Assembly (NCBI RefSeq): GCF_001194135.2
Contig: NC_069005.1
Span: forward strand, 17,763,028-17,796,798
Reading direction: 5' to 3'
Length of the DNA: 33,771 bases
Source of the DNA: Octopus bimaculoides
Taxonomy: Eukaryota
Part shown: positions 11,130-20,535 of the stretch, one piece after another
Layout of the letters: every line of letters starts with the position of its first letter
How positions within the stretch are numbered: the stretch's first letter is position 1
The notes under the pieces: generated by a model
Told to the model about the DNA's origin: nothing
Seen by the model: only the letters and a program-made list of their open reading frames with translations
The model's database searches: none
Made by a program: the position numbers and the translations under genes

Positions 11130-11229
11130 ACGAGCATATGGCAAAGTGGTTAAGAGCACGGTCCTGGAGGAAGAGGTTTAAACATGCTGTATATACAGTT
11201 CTATATTATTTATATTATTTACATTTGAC

Positions 11230-11363
11230 GGGCATATGGTGTAGTGGTTAAGAGCGTGGGCTACTAGCCCCCAAGATTCTGAGTTCGATTCTAGGCAGTG
11301 ACCTGAATGATAATAATAATAATAATAATGATAATAATAATAAGAAGAAGAAGAAGAAGAAGA
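11230..11363 (+). mobile_element. Copy B, 5' part: tRNA-like head and (AAT)n(AAG)n linker, interrupted by Dong
   Basis: GGGCATATGGTGTAGTGGTTAAGAGCGTGGGCTACTAGCCCCCAAGATTCTGAGTTCGATTCTAGGCAGTGACCTGA is nearly the reverse complement of 11054-11129. Confidence 0.85.
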
Positions 11364-14300
11364 ATGTAAGAGATTACACCGGGGACGTTTAACATGTGAG
11401 AACGATAAATCACTGCTCCGAAATTTATCCAAAAACATCGGAAATAAAGACATCACATGGAGTCAAAAATAGCTGACAAAGGGTTGGACTATATCCGAGT
11501 AAGTAATACTCATTCAAATTTATTTCTATTTTTCCAAATGAAATGATGTATTTTAACTGGATATCATCTCCACTGCTTGCACAGCACATCTAAACACGCT
11601 TGTTACATCAACACCAGACCATCTCCGGCCCCAAACACCATGTACAAAAAAATTACAAATAGATTAAATAATACCAGTATTATTCCACCCAAGAATAATA
11701 ACCGGGAAGTGCATACTCTAAACTTGTTACGCAAAAAGTACAAAGAGCTGCATGTGCAAAACAATCTGACAACAGAAATAAACGGACCGGTACCCTACGA
11801 AAATGATGACCATCAAAATAAAGGGCCGGACATTGTTCGTCGTGTCCCGCAAATAAAACTAAAATAGCATAAATGGGCATGTGAGGAATACATTTCGATC
11901 CTACACACTCACTTTACAGCAGTGCTCTACCCAAAGAACGAAAACTCAACAACACATACATATAAAATATGGAAGAAAAATAACCTAAATAAAGACCTGG
12001 ATACAACAATGAACCCTAATAAACTAGCTAACATACGAAGATATATTCGCAAAGCAAAAAAAATATCAGAAATAGAAATAGAACAATTGAAAGGAAAAAT
12101 ACATCAGGAAAATCTAGATAGTAGTCACACAACAATGCCAAATAATAATATAAACACTGAGATAGTAAAACACAAAGATAAACGTAACATTTCCACCAAA
12201 AATGAAGTAAACAAAAAACAACAAACCCAGACCGTAGAGATGTATAATAATGTACAAAAAGCACCAATCCAGAACAACACAGACAAACATATGAATGAAA
12301 AGGAAGGCAAAACAAATCTAAAACCTGGGAATAACGAAGGGAAACCTAATGATTACGATACTATAAAAATGAGAATAATCAAAGAACTGAAAACCACAGA
12401 TCTCAGAATGGACCACAGATTATATCTCCCAAAAATCAAACTAGACAATAAAACAACATCAATAATAAATAGCATAAACCTGGCCGTCACGGAACTAACA
12501 GCCACAGAAACAACTGGCAATATCACTGAGCTAAATGATATAATATATGCGGCAGCCNNNNNNNNNNNNNNNNNNNNNNNNNNNNNNNNNNNNNNNNNNN
12601 NNNNNNNNNNNNNNNNNNNNNNNNNNNNNNNNNNNNNNNNNNNNNNNNNNNNNNNNNNNNNNNNNNNNNNNNNNNNNNNNNNNNNNNNNNNNNNNNNNNN
12701 NNNNNNNNNNNNNNNNNNNNNNNNNNNNNNNNNNNNNNNNNNNNNNNNNNNNNNNNNNNNNNNNNNNNNNNNNNNNNNNNNNNNNNNNNNNNNNNNNNNN
12801 NNNNNNNNNNNNNNNNNNNNNNNNNNNNNNNNNNNNNNNNNNNNNNNNNNNNNNNNNNNNNNNNNNNNNNNNNNNNNNNNNNNNNNNNNNNNNNNNNNNN
12901 NNNNNNNNNNNNNNNNNNNNNNNNNNNNNNNNNNNNNNNNNNNNNNNNNNNNNNNNNNNNNNNNNNNNNNNNNNNNNNNNNNNNNNNNNNNNNNNNNNNN
13001 NNNNNNNNNNNNNNNNNNNNNNNNNNNNNNNNNNNNNNNNNNNNNNNNNNNNNNNNNNNNNNNNNNNNNNNNNNNNNNNNNNNNNNNNNNNNCAACACCA
13101 ACAGCAGAAGTGGAAGAATTTTGGAAAGAAATATGGTCGGTGAAGCAACAACCTCAGAAAAGGACCATTAAATCAATGAACTTAGCACCTGAGCAACTCT
13201 GGACCCCTATAACAACTGAAGAGGTCACCCAGGCACTGCAAAGACTAAGCAACTGGAAGGCACCTGGGCACAAGATCCCCAACTTCTGGTTAAAATACCT
13301 GACAGGAATGCACGGTATAGCCTGGATCGACTACCGAAAGGCTTTTGACAGTGTTCCCCACACGTAGATCCTCGAAACACTAGCCATAAACAAGGTGGCA
13401 CCAATTATTATAAAATACATAAGGCACTCTATGAATAAATGGCAGACAATGCTACAGCTCCAAACAAAAGAGGGACTCGTGAAAACGAGAGCCATCCCCA
13501 TTAGAAGAGGAATATTCCACGCTCTCTCCACTCCTGTTCTGCCTGGCACTCACACCTTTAACTGACTTGTTAAATAGAACTGGATGTGGATACAAATGTT
13601 ACGGCAAAACAATCAGCCACCTTTTATATAGGGATGACCTAAAATTATACGCTAGAAATGATAAAGAACTGGAAACACTACTACAAACAGTACATGGATT
13701 TACCAAAGAAATAGATATGAAATTTGGATTAGAAAAATGTGCCAAAGCAACCCTGAAAAGAGGAAAACTAGTTAAGAGTAGCAACATCACACTAGATAAA
13801 GCCAATAAAATAAAAGAATTAGACGAAAGCCAGCCATAAAAATATTTAGGAATCAATGAACTAGATAGGATACAACACACACAAATGAAAGAAAAAATAA
13901 AGAAAGAGTACTATAGACAAGTTAGATCAATACTAAAATAGAGCTCAATGCTAAAAACAATATAATAGGTATTAACACTTTAGCCGTCCCAGTTATAAGT
14001 NNNNNNNNNNNNNNNNNNNNNNNNNNNNNNNNNNNNNNNNNNNNNNNNNNNNNNNNNNNNNNNNNNNNNNNNNNNNNNNNNNNNNNNNNNNNNNNNNNNN
14101 NNNNNNNNNNNNNNNNNNNNNNNNNNNNNNNNNNNNNNNNNNNNNNNNNNNNNNNNNNNNNNNNNNNNNNNNNNNNNNNNNNNNNNNNNNNNNNNNNNNN
14201 NNNNNNNNNNNNNNNNNNNNNNNNNNNNNNNNNNNNNNNNNNNNNNNNNNNNNNNNNNNNNNNNNNNNNNNNNNNNNNNNNNNNNNNNNNNNNNNNNNNN

Positions 14301-15295
14301 NNNNNNNNNNNNNNNNNNNNNNNNNNNNNNNNNNNNNNNNNNNNNNNNNNNNNNNNNNNNNNNNNNNNNNNNNNNNNNNNNNNNNNNNNNNNNNNNNNNN
14401 NNNNNNNNNNNNNNNNNNNNNNNNNNNNNNNNNNNNNNNNNNNNNNNNNNNNNNNNNNNNNNNNNNNNNNNNNNNNNNNNNNNNNNNNNNNNNNNNNNNN
14501 NNNNNNNNNNNNNNNNNNNNNNNNNNNNNNNNNNNNNNNNNNNNNNNNNNNNNNNNNNNNNNNNNNNNNNNNNNNNNNNNNNNNNNNNNNNNNNNNNNNN
14601 NNNNNNNNNNNNNNNNNNNNNNNNNNNNNNNNNNNNNNNNNNNNNNNNNNNNNNNNNNNNNNNNNNNNNNNNNNNNNNNNNNNNNNNNNNNNNNNNNNNN
14701 NNNNNNNNNNNNNNNNNNNNNNNNNNNNNNNNNNNNNNNNNNNNNNNNNNNNNNNNNNNNNNNNNNNNNNNNNNNNNNNNNNNNNNNNNNNNNNNNNNNN
14801 NNNNNNNNNNNNNNNNNNNNNNNNNNNNNNNNNNNNNNNNNNNNNNNNNNNNNNNNNNNNNNNNNNNNNNNNNNNNNNNNNNNNNNNNNNNNNNNNNNNN
14901 NNNNNNNNNNNNNNNNNNNNNNNNNNNNNNNNNNNNNNNNNNNNNNNNNNNGACAACATTTCCCTAAAAGAAATGGAAAAACTTTCAAAATACAAAGACC
15001 TGGAAATAGAGGTAACTCGAATGTGGAATCTAAAAACAGAAACAATTCCTATCATAGTAGGTGCCTTACGTATAATAAAAAAATATTCAGACAAATACAT
15101 AACAAAAACACCAGGACTTACAAATATATATAACATACAGAAAATTGCACTACTGGGCACTGCACACATCCTATCCAAAACACTTTCAATACAGTAACCA
15201 TAAGAGCATCACAGCAAACCACAGCACATACCCAAGGTACACAGAGCTGCGCTCGGTAGTGAAGTGAAAGCACGTTATAAAACTAAAACTACTAA
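11364..15295 (+). mobile_element. Near full-length, inactivated R4/Dong-clade non-LTR retrotransposon (RT + restriction-like endonuclease), partly in gaps
   Basis: N-terminal W...NKLANIRRYI motif; RT EVEEFWKEIW, NWKAPG, AWIDYRKAFDSVPH, SPLLFCLAL, HLLYRDDLKLYA, MKFGLEKCA, KYLG; C-terminal EKLSKYKDL...TIPIIVGALR...QKIALLGTAHIL typical of R4/Dong RLE; ends in (AAT)n. In-frame stops and internal deletions (e.g. GMH|GIAW; QGD missing). Confidence 0.92.
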
Positions 15296-15446
15296 ATAAT
15301 AATAATAACAACATCGAAAAATACCTTAGGGAAGAGAACCCAGGTTTGAAATTTCCCCAAGACACCTGATGAAGGCTGGAGGGTATATCAGCTGAAATGT
15401 GCTAACAACAAACAAGATGAGGACAAATATCTGTCAGTTGTAAATA
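15296..15446 (+). mobile_element. Copy B, 3' part: remainder of the (AAT)n linker and the hammerhead-bearing body
   Basis: aataataacaacatcgaaaaataccttagg...gacacctgatgaaggctgg...gatgaggacaaatatctgtcag is the reverse complement of 10880-11005. Followed by the TSD AGTACCCACAAA. Confidence 0.88.
15361..15402 (+). ncRNA. Minimal hammerhead-like motif in copy B (degenerate)
   Basis: GACAC-CTGATGA-a-GGCTG(gagggtatat)CAGCT-GAAAT-GTGC. Confidence 0.5.
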
Positions 15447-15750
15447 AGTACCCACAAAGTCTTCAGTTCAAATTTTACAACTACAAACATTATGTTGTGT
15501 CCCTTAGCAAAGCATGCAACTCTGTTTAACTCTGGTTATATAAGTGATGACTAAACAAAAGCAAGTTTCTATTTCTACTTCACAGTTCAGTGGTCAGTGA
15601 TAAGAAGAGTCCAGCATTCAGCTGTAAAAATAGGTTCCATTATACTTTATTTCAGATTTCAGAAATCAAGTAGTATGAAAGGACATTTAACTGGCTGCAA
15701 ACAAATTTTATCACTCCCTAATTCAGTGGTTAGTGGTAAGAATTGATATA

Positions 15751-15974
15751 CAGTAATTCCTCGACTATTGTGGATATTATGTTACAAAAACCCCTGTGAT
15801 AGGTGAAAATTTGTGAAGTAGAAACAATACTGTACTGTATATTTTTTTTTAATGATTTTTATAATTTGTATATATTTATTTTATTATAAATGCAAAATAT
15901 CACCCCAGAGGAATTATTGTAAGCTTAAATAATAAACTACAATAAGTGAACTGCAATATGGCAAGGGATTACTG
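15751..15974. mobile_element. 224-bp TA-flanked MITE with pogo/Tigger-like TIRs
   Basis: TA|CAGTAATTCCTCG...CAAGGGATTACTG|TA. Imperfect ~24-bp TIRs, AT-rich non-coding interior. Confidence 0.75.
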
Positions 15975-16311
15975 TACACCCAGTTGTAAAAGCAGGTTCC
16001 ACTACCTCTTACTTCACAGTGGTAATAGGCAACCATCCAGCTGTAAAAACAGGTTTTGCCAACCCCTGATGCATAGATCAATGATCAGTAGTAAGCAATA
16101 ACAATGACAGTCCCAAAAAAATAAATCCTCTCGCCCATAGGAAAATAGGCATAAAGCAGTTTTTAGAAAACATCTTTCACGGAATAATTTTTGTTAAAAT
16201 AGTTTACAGTTAAAGACATTACAAACTTTCTCGGGAAAGTTAATCCCACCAAAAGCTAACTTTTTTCGTATACAGCTACCTTTCCTGTACAATATTAGGT
16301 TAAACACTTAC

Positions 16312-16421
16312 CTCGGCCTAAATCTGTGGTTATTCTCTGTAGATGTTTTATCTCTTTCACAGCTTCCTTCCGTGTAAATTCAGTGACCAGCTTCCAATAG
16401 CCATGAGTAATATGGCGTAAC
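16312..16421 (-). CDS. PLEKHM2: PLEKHM2-like exon (110 nt), RUN domain
   Basis: Acceptor ctttcttatactccttag|G, donor CGAG|gtaagt. Translates (G)LRHITHGYWKLVTEFTRKEAVKEIKHLQRITTDLGR(G), resembling vertebrate LQDLSSGYWVLVVHFTRREAIKQIEVLQHVATNLGR. Phases 2 and 1 match both neighbouring exons. Confidence 0.92.
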
Positions 16422-16814
16422 CTAAGGAGTATAAGAAAGTATATTATTATAATGTATTATTCTTACTTGTGTATAGGCGTATGCATGGGTGTATGGTTAA
16501 TAAGTTCACTCTGCAACCATGTGATTCCATTTGCAATGTCACTGAGTGGAACCCTGACCAAATGTCTTCTCTCATAAACTCAGATTCATCAATGCCTTAT
16601 GTGTGAAATTTGAAAGACAGAAACTGTTTGCTGTATAAATATATTTAATCTTCATCATCACCTAACATCTATTTTCCATACTGGCATGGGTTAGACAGTT
16701 AAATAGGAGCTAACAAGCCAGAAGATTGTGTCAAGCTTCAATGTCTGCTTTGACAGGATACCCTTTCTATGACAGGATACCCTTCATAATATTGATGTTA
16801 GGAATATATAGGTG

Positions 16815-16960
16815 CAGGCATGGATGTGTGGTTAAGAAGCTCACTTTTCATCCACATGGTGTCAGGCTCAGTCCCAATGTGCAACACCTTGGACAAGTGT
16901 CTTCTACTATAGCCCTGACCCAACTAGTGCCTTGTGAGTGAGTTTGGTAATCTGTAACAG
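16815..16960 (+). mobile_element. SINE head and first body module (2289 family), followed by (CATA)n at ~16975-17128
   Basis: gcaggcatggatgtgtggttaagaag...ccacatgg...cagtccca...caccttggacaagtgtcttctactatagcc...gccttgtgagtg. Confidence 0.7.
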
Positions 16961-17128
16961 TGAAAAATATGTTGTGTGTGCATGCATACATACGTACATA
17001 CATGCATATACATGCATGCATATATACATACATACACATGTAACAGTGGGAAATATGTCGTGTGTGCATGCATACATACATACATACATATATGCATGCA
17101 TATATATACATACATACATGCATACATA

Positions 17129-17965
17129 CAAGGGGGTAACAAAAAGAAAGCGGAATTTTGCAATATTATTTTATACACTTAGTTTTACATGTTTACACTT
17201 TTATTGCCTTCAAAGTATTCTCCATTTGAAGCAATGCATCGGTCCAGATACGTTTTCCACTGTTGGAAGCCGTGCTGGAACTCTTGTTCCTCCGTAGTTT
17301 TTCTCTTCACCTCTTCCATATCTGTAAATTCCGTAGCACCGGCTTTTGTCACCAGTGATGACCTTTGAAAAAAGATCTGAATCAACTTCCATGACTGCTT
17401 TTGAACTTCTGTAAGCAAGCGAGGCACAAATTTTGCTGCAACTATTTTCATTCACAGTTCCTTACTCAGAATTCATTGGCAGGAACTCCAGGACACACCA
17501 GTCATATCAACAAGTTCATCAATTGTTCAGTAATGTTCCTCCAAGATCAGTTCATGAATTTTCTTGTTTTCATTCACTCAGGTCAATGGTCGCCATGAAT
17601 GAGGTTGGTCTTCAAGCAACAAGTGACCATTCCTAAAGCTTGAAAACCACTCATAAACATGTGTTTTTCTCATGGTAGTATCCTTGTAAGCTGTTTGAAG
17701 TATGACAACTGTTTCAGCTGCTGTTTCCCCAGCAGAAAACAGAATTTCATAGAAACATGTTGTTCCTTCATCTCAGCCCTTGCAAAAATCGATGAACAGG
17801 GAAGAAGCACTGCAAAACAAAGATGCACCACATGACAGTACAACTTAACCAGTTGGCAGACTGATGCCTAAGGATTGCATCAAGTGGCTTCTAGTGACAT
17901 AACCCAGAACTACAACAGGCTTGTCCCACAGAGAATGTTTCCAGTTACTTTTGAGTACCTCTATG
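17129..17965 (-). mobile_element. Internally deleted mariner-type transposon with degenerate TIRs and TA flanks
   Basis: MKIVAAKFVPRLLTEVQKQS, DLFSKVITGDKSRCYG (first catalytic D region) joined directly to the C-terminal FQQWKTYLDRCIASNGEYFEG. Ends tacaagggggtaacaaaaag and cttttgagtacctctatgta. Confidence 0.8.
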
Positions 17966-18299
17966 TATATTGGGAGGTAGAAAGGTAGATAAAGGCAGTT
18001 AGGCTTGAAACATACATCTACATGGAAAACAAAATACAGATTACAAAATAAAAGAAAAAACAGAAAGAGTATATAAAGTCTTATTTCAACAGCTGTGTCA
18101 AGATTTCCATAACTTATGTAATAACCATATTCATAAGAAATATGTGCATGATGTTATAGGTGTGCATCCTGTGATAAGTCCTAATGAAATTGTTAAGGTA
18201 AGTTAGGTGTCTCTTTTCAAGAGCAGAGTGACAAGTTCATGCATGGGTATGAATATGTATATATTGTATATATTTGTATGTCTTTATGTTTGTATCAAT

Positions 18300-18492
18300 A
18301 GCCCCACCAACACTCTGTAACAGTGTTGATTTGATTACATTGCTGTAACTTAGCAATTCAATAAAAGAGAATGATAGGATAAGAACCAGACTATAAAAGA
18401 AAATTAAGTACCCAGGTCGATTTATTCAACTAAACCCTTCAAGACAGTGCCCCAGCATAGCTTCTGCCTAATGACTGAAACAAGGAAAAAGA
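18300..18492 (+). mobile_element. Old SINE 3' remnant (2289 family)
   Basis: ctgtaacttagc...ataagaacc...gtcgattta...gtgccccagcat...atgactgaaacaag motifs. Confidence 0.55.
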
Positions 18493-18523
18493 ATGTGCAC
18501 AAACACACACACGTTCTCTCTCA

Positions 18524-18755
18524 AGGCGGTGAGCTGACAGAAACATTAGCACGCCGGGCGAAATGCTTAGCGGTATTTCGTCTGCCGCTACGTTCTGAGT
18601 TCAAATTCCGCCGAGGTCGACTTTGCCTTTCATCCTTTCAGGGTCGATTAAATAAGTACCAGTTACGCACTGGGGTCGGTATAATCGACTTAATCCGTTT
18701 GTCTGTCCTTGTTTGTCCCCTCTGTGTGTAGCCCCTTGTGAGTAGTAAAGAAATA
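18524..18755 (+). mobile_element. Young full-length tRNA-derived SINE with a Meta-domain-like central motif
   Basis: A/B boxes (AGGCGGTGAGCTG; GAGTTCAAATTCC), central GCCTTTCATCCTTTCAGGGTCGATTAAATAAGTACCAG, CpGs largely intact, ends gtaaagaaata. Domain name from memory, not checked. Confidence 0.8.
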
Positions 18756-19750
18756 ACACATTCTCTCTCTCTCTCACTCTCTCTTTCACCCTGGTTCTCT
18801 TTTAGTTACGCTTCTATTCGTACTTTCAGTCAGATTTACTTAAATGAACAGCAGAGACAGTATTGAATCAAGAGGACATTCTATAATTTTCCCAGTGATG
18901 AGCTAACCTCACTAGTGCTAGTGCATTGATAAAACGTGTAAGGTGTATTCTTTAAGTGATTAACATTGGAAGGGCATCCAACTGTAGAAATCATGACAAA
19001 AATGAATGTATAAGTGAGATGTGGTTCTCAACTTATTTGCTGAGCAATAATTTAGATTGTTAGTGAAAAGTGTTCTGCTTTTTGGAGCATCATCGAAGTG
19101 CTATAAAGGCTGTCTGAAGATAAATCTAAAGAAATGTCATATGAACAAAGCTATAACTTCTTTCACAGATTCAGCAGCTGATCACAATAGCTGTAAAACA
19201 CTCAGAACACTAAATGCTTAAATCAGACTTGCATTGAAGTCCTTGTAAGGAAAAGAATTAGGAGAAAAGGTAAACAAAATAACCCAAATTGATTATATTT
19301 AATTTAATTCTTGTATTTTATTTTTATAGGCTGCTGAATACCTGACACTAATAGGCTGCCTATCTACTCCATGGAGCATGTACAGAATCAACTGATCCTG
19401 CTGCCTGGTCAAGACAGCCACATGACCTGAACTAGCTAATTTCATCTAGAAGTCATTTCAAAATTCTTTTGAAATTTACTTCATTTTGATTCCATACATC
19501 TGAGGATGTAGACATGTATTTGTACATATGAAGCTAAGTAATGTGGAAATAGACCAGTCTCTTATTAAATACTTACAACTCCAACAAAATGTGTTGAGTG
19601 CTAGTTTCTTTCATTTGGTCACCTTGATGTGTGTGTGTATCTATTCATACAAACACATATACAAATATACATGCATATCTATATATGTATACTGTTATTA
19701 TAATTATCATAACATCTCAAGTATTGTTGAATATACATACATATATATAT

Positions 19751-20128
19751 AAGTTATAGATAATGGTCATTACCAATTTTTTCTTTATCAAAGCAAATTT
19801 GACTTTCAGAAAAAAAGAGGAAGACAGGTTGCAGGTTACCCTTTTGTAACTTGTCTTCCTCTTTTTCTCTATTCAACTTGCATCTTTCCATCTTTTCCTC
19901 CCTACTCCACACACTCACCATTCTTTCAGTAATCTGCTTTGTTATAACCAGAAATGGCTCTGATGAAAGTAACATTAATTTATTTAATTTGTTCAATTTT
20001 CCTCAATTGATCAATAGACCGACTGAGTAAACCGATCAGTAATGTACCTATAACGACTACTGGAAACAGCTGTAAGCCAAATTTGCTCTAGTAAGGGAAA
20101 AATATGTAATGACCATTAACTATAACTT
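19751..20128 (+). mobile_element. 378-bp non-coding element with 51-bp inverted termini, an internal hairpin and a hammerhead motif
   Basis: 19751-19801 vs reverse complement of 20078-20128: 43/51 matches. Hairpin at 19812-19866. HHR at 19952-20084. Confidence 0.7.
19952..20084 (+). ncRNA. Type I hammerhead ribozyme with ~95-nt extended stem II
   Basis: TGGCT(19955-59)-CTGATGA(19960-66)...GAAAC(20063-67)-AGCT-GT-A(20074)-AGCCA(20075-79). Perfect 5-bp stem I, palindromic ACAGCTGT stem III, GUA triplet. Stem II base AGTA/TACT behind one A.G mismatch. Confidence 0.75.
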
Positions 20129-20333
20129 GTCTTGTATATCACTATGTGTAAAAGCCAGTTTGACTGGAGCCCAATTACGGATTTACAATATAGAATTGTG
20201 ATGAACCATAACCTTGGACCCTGCCATAAGAATACTTGGAGTTCTTCACTAATCTAAACAATATTGTTAGCCTGATGCATCAGCAAAGAGCTTACAAAGT
20301 ATTTTGCCTAGATTGATAATCCCTCACTATTAG

Positions 20334-20374
<41 letters not shown>

Positions 20375-20535
20375 TATAGTAAAAATAGAAATAGAAATTC
20401 CTATTTCTTTGACAATTATTTTCCACTTTAATTAGATATTTATAAATCATACCATCTAACAATTTGTAAACATTTTATCATTAAAGTAGAAAATGATTAT
20501 CAGAAAAATCATTCTTATTCGCTTTTTCAAACAGA

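Noticed and set aside
11230-11306. Possible genuine tRNA gene (also 11054-11129 and other SINE heads)
   Set aside because: No proper acceptor stem or poly-T terminator, and it runs into the repeat body; it is an element head.
11364-11570. Possible HDV-like ribozyme at the Dong 5' end
   Set aside because: Plausible for R2/R4-type elements, but I could not draw the nested double pseudoknot by eye; an HDV descriptor or covariance search would decide.
12523-15178. Long minus-strand ORFs (192-418 aa) and the apparent continuity of the 481-aa Dong ORF
   Set aside because: Their length comes from N runs translated as X; the minus-strand ones are antisense shadows of Dong.
19331-19396. Plus-strand acceptor-like ttttttatag followed by the short frame AAEYLTLIGCLSTPWSMYRIN*
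   Set aside because: No homology, no partner exons, antisense to the host gene.
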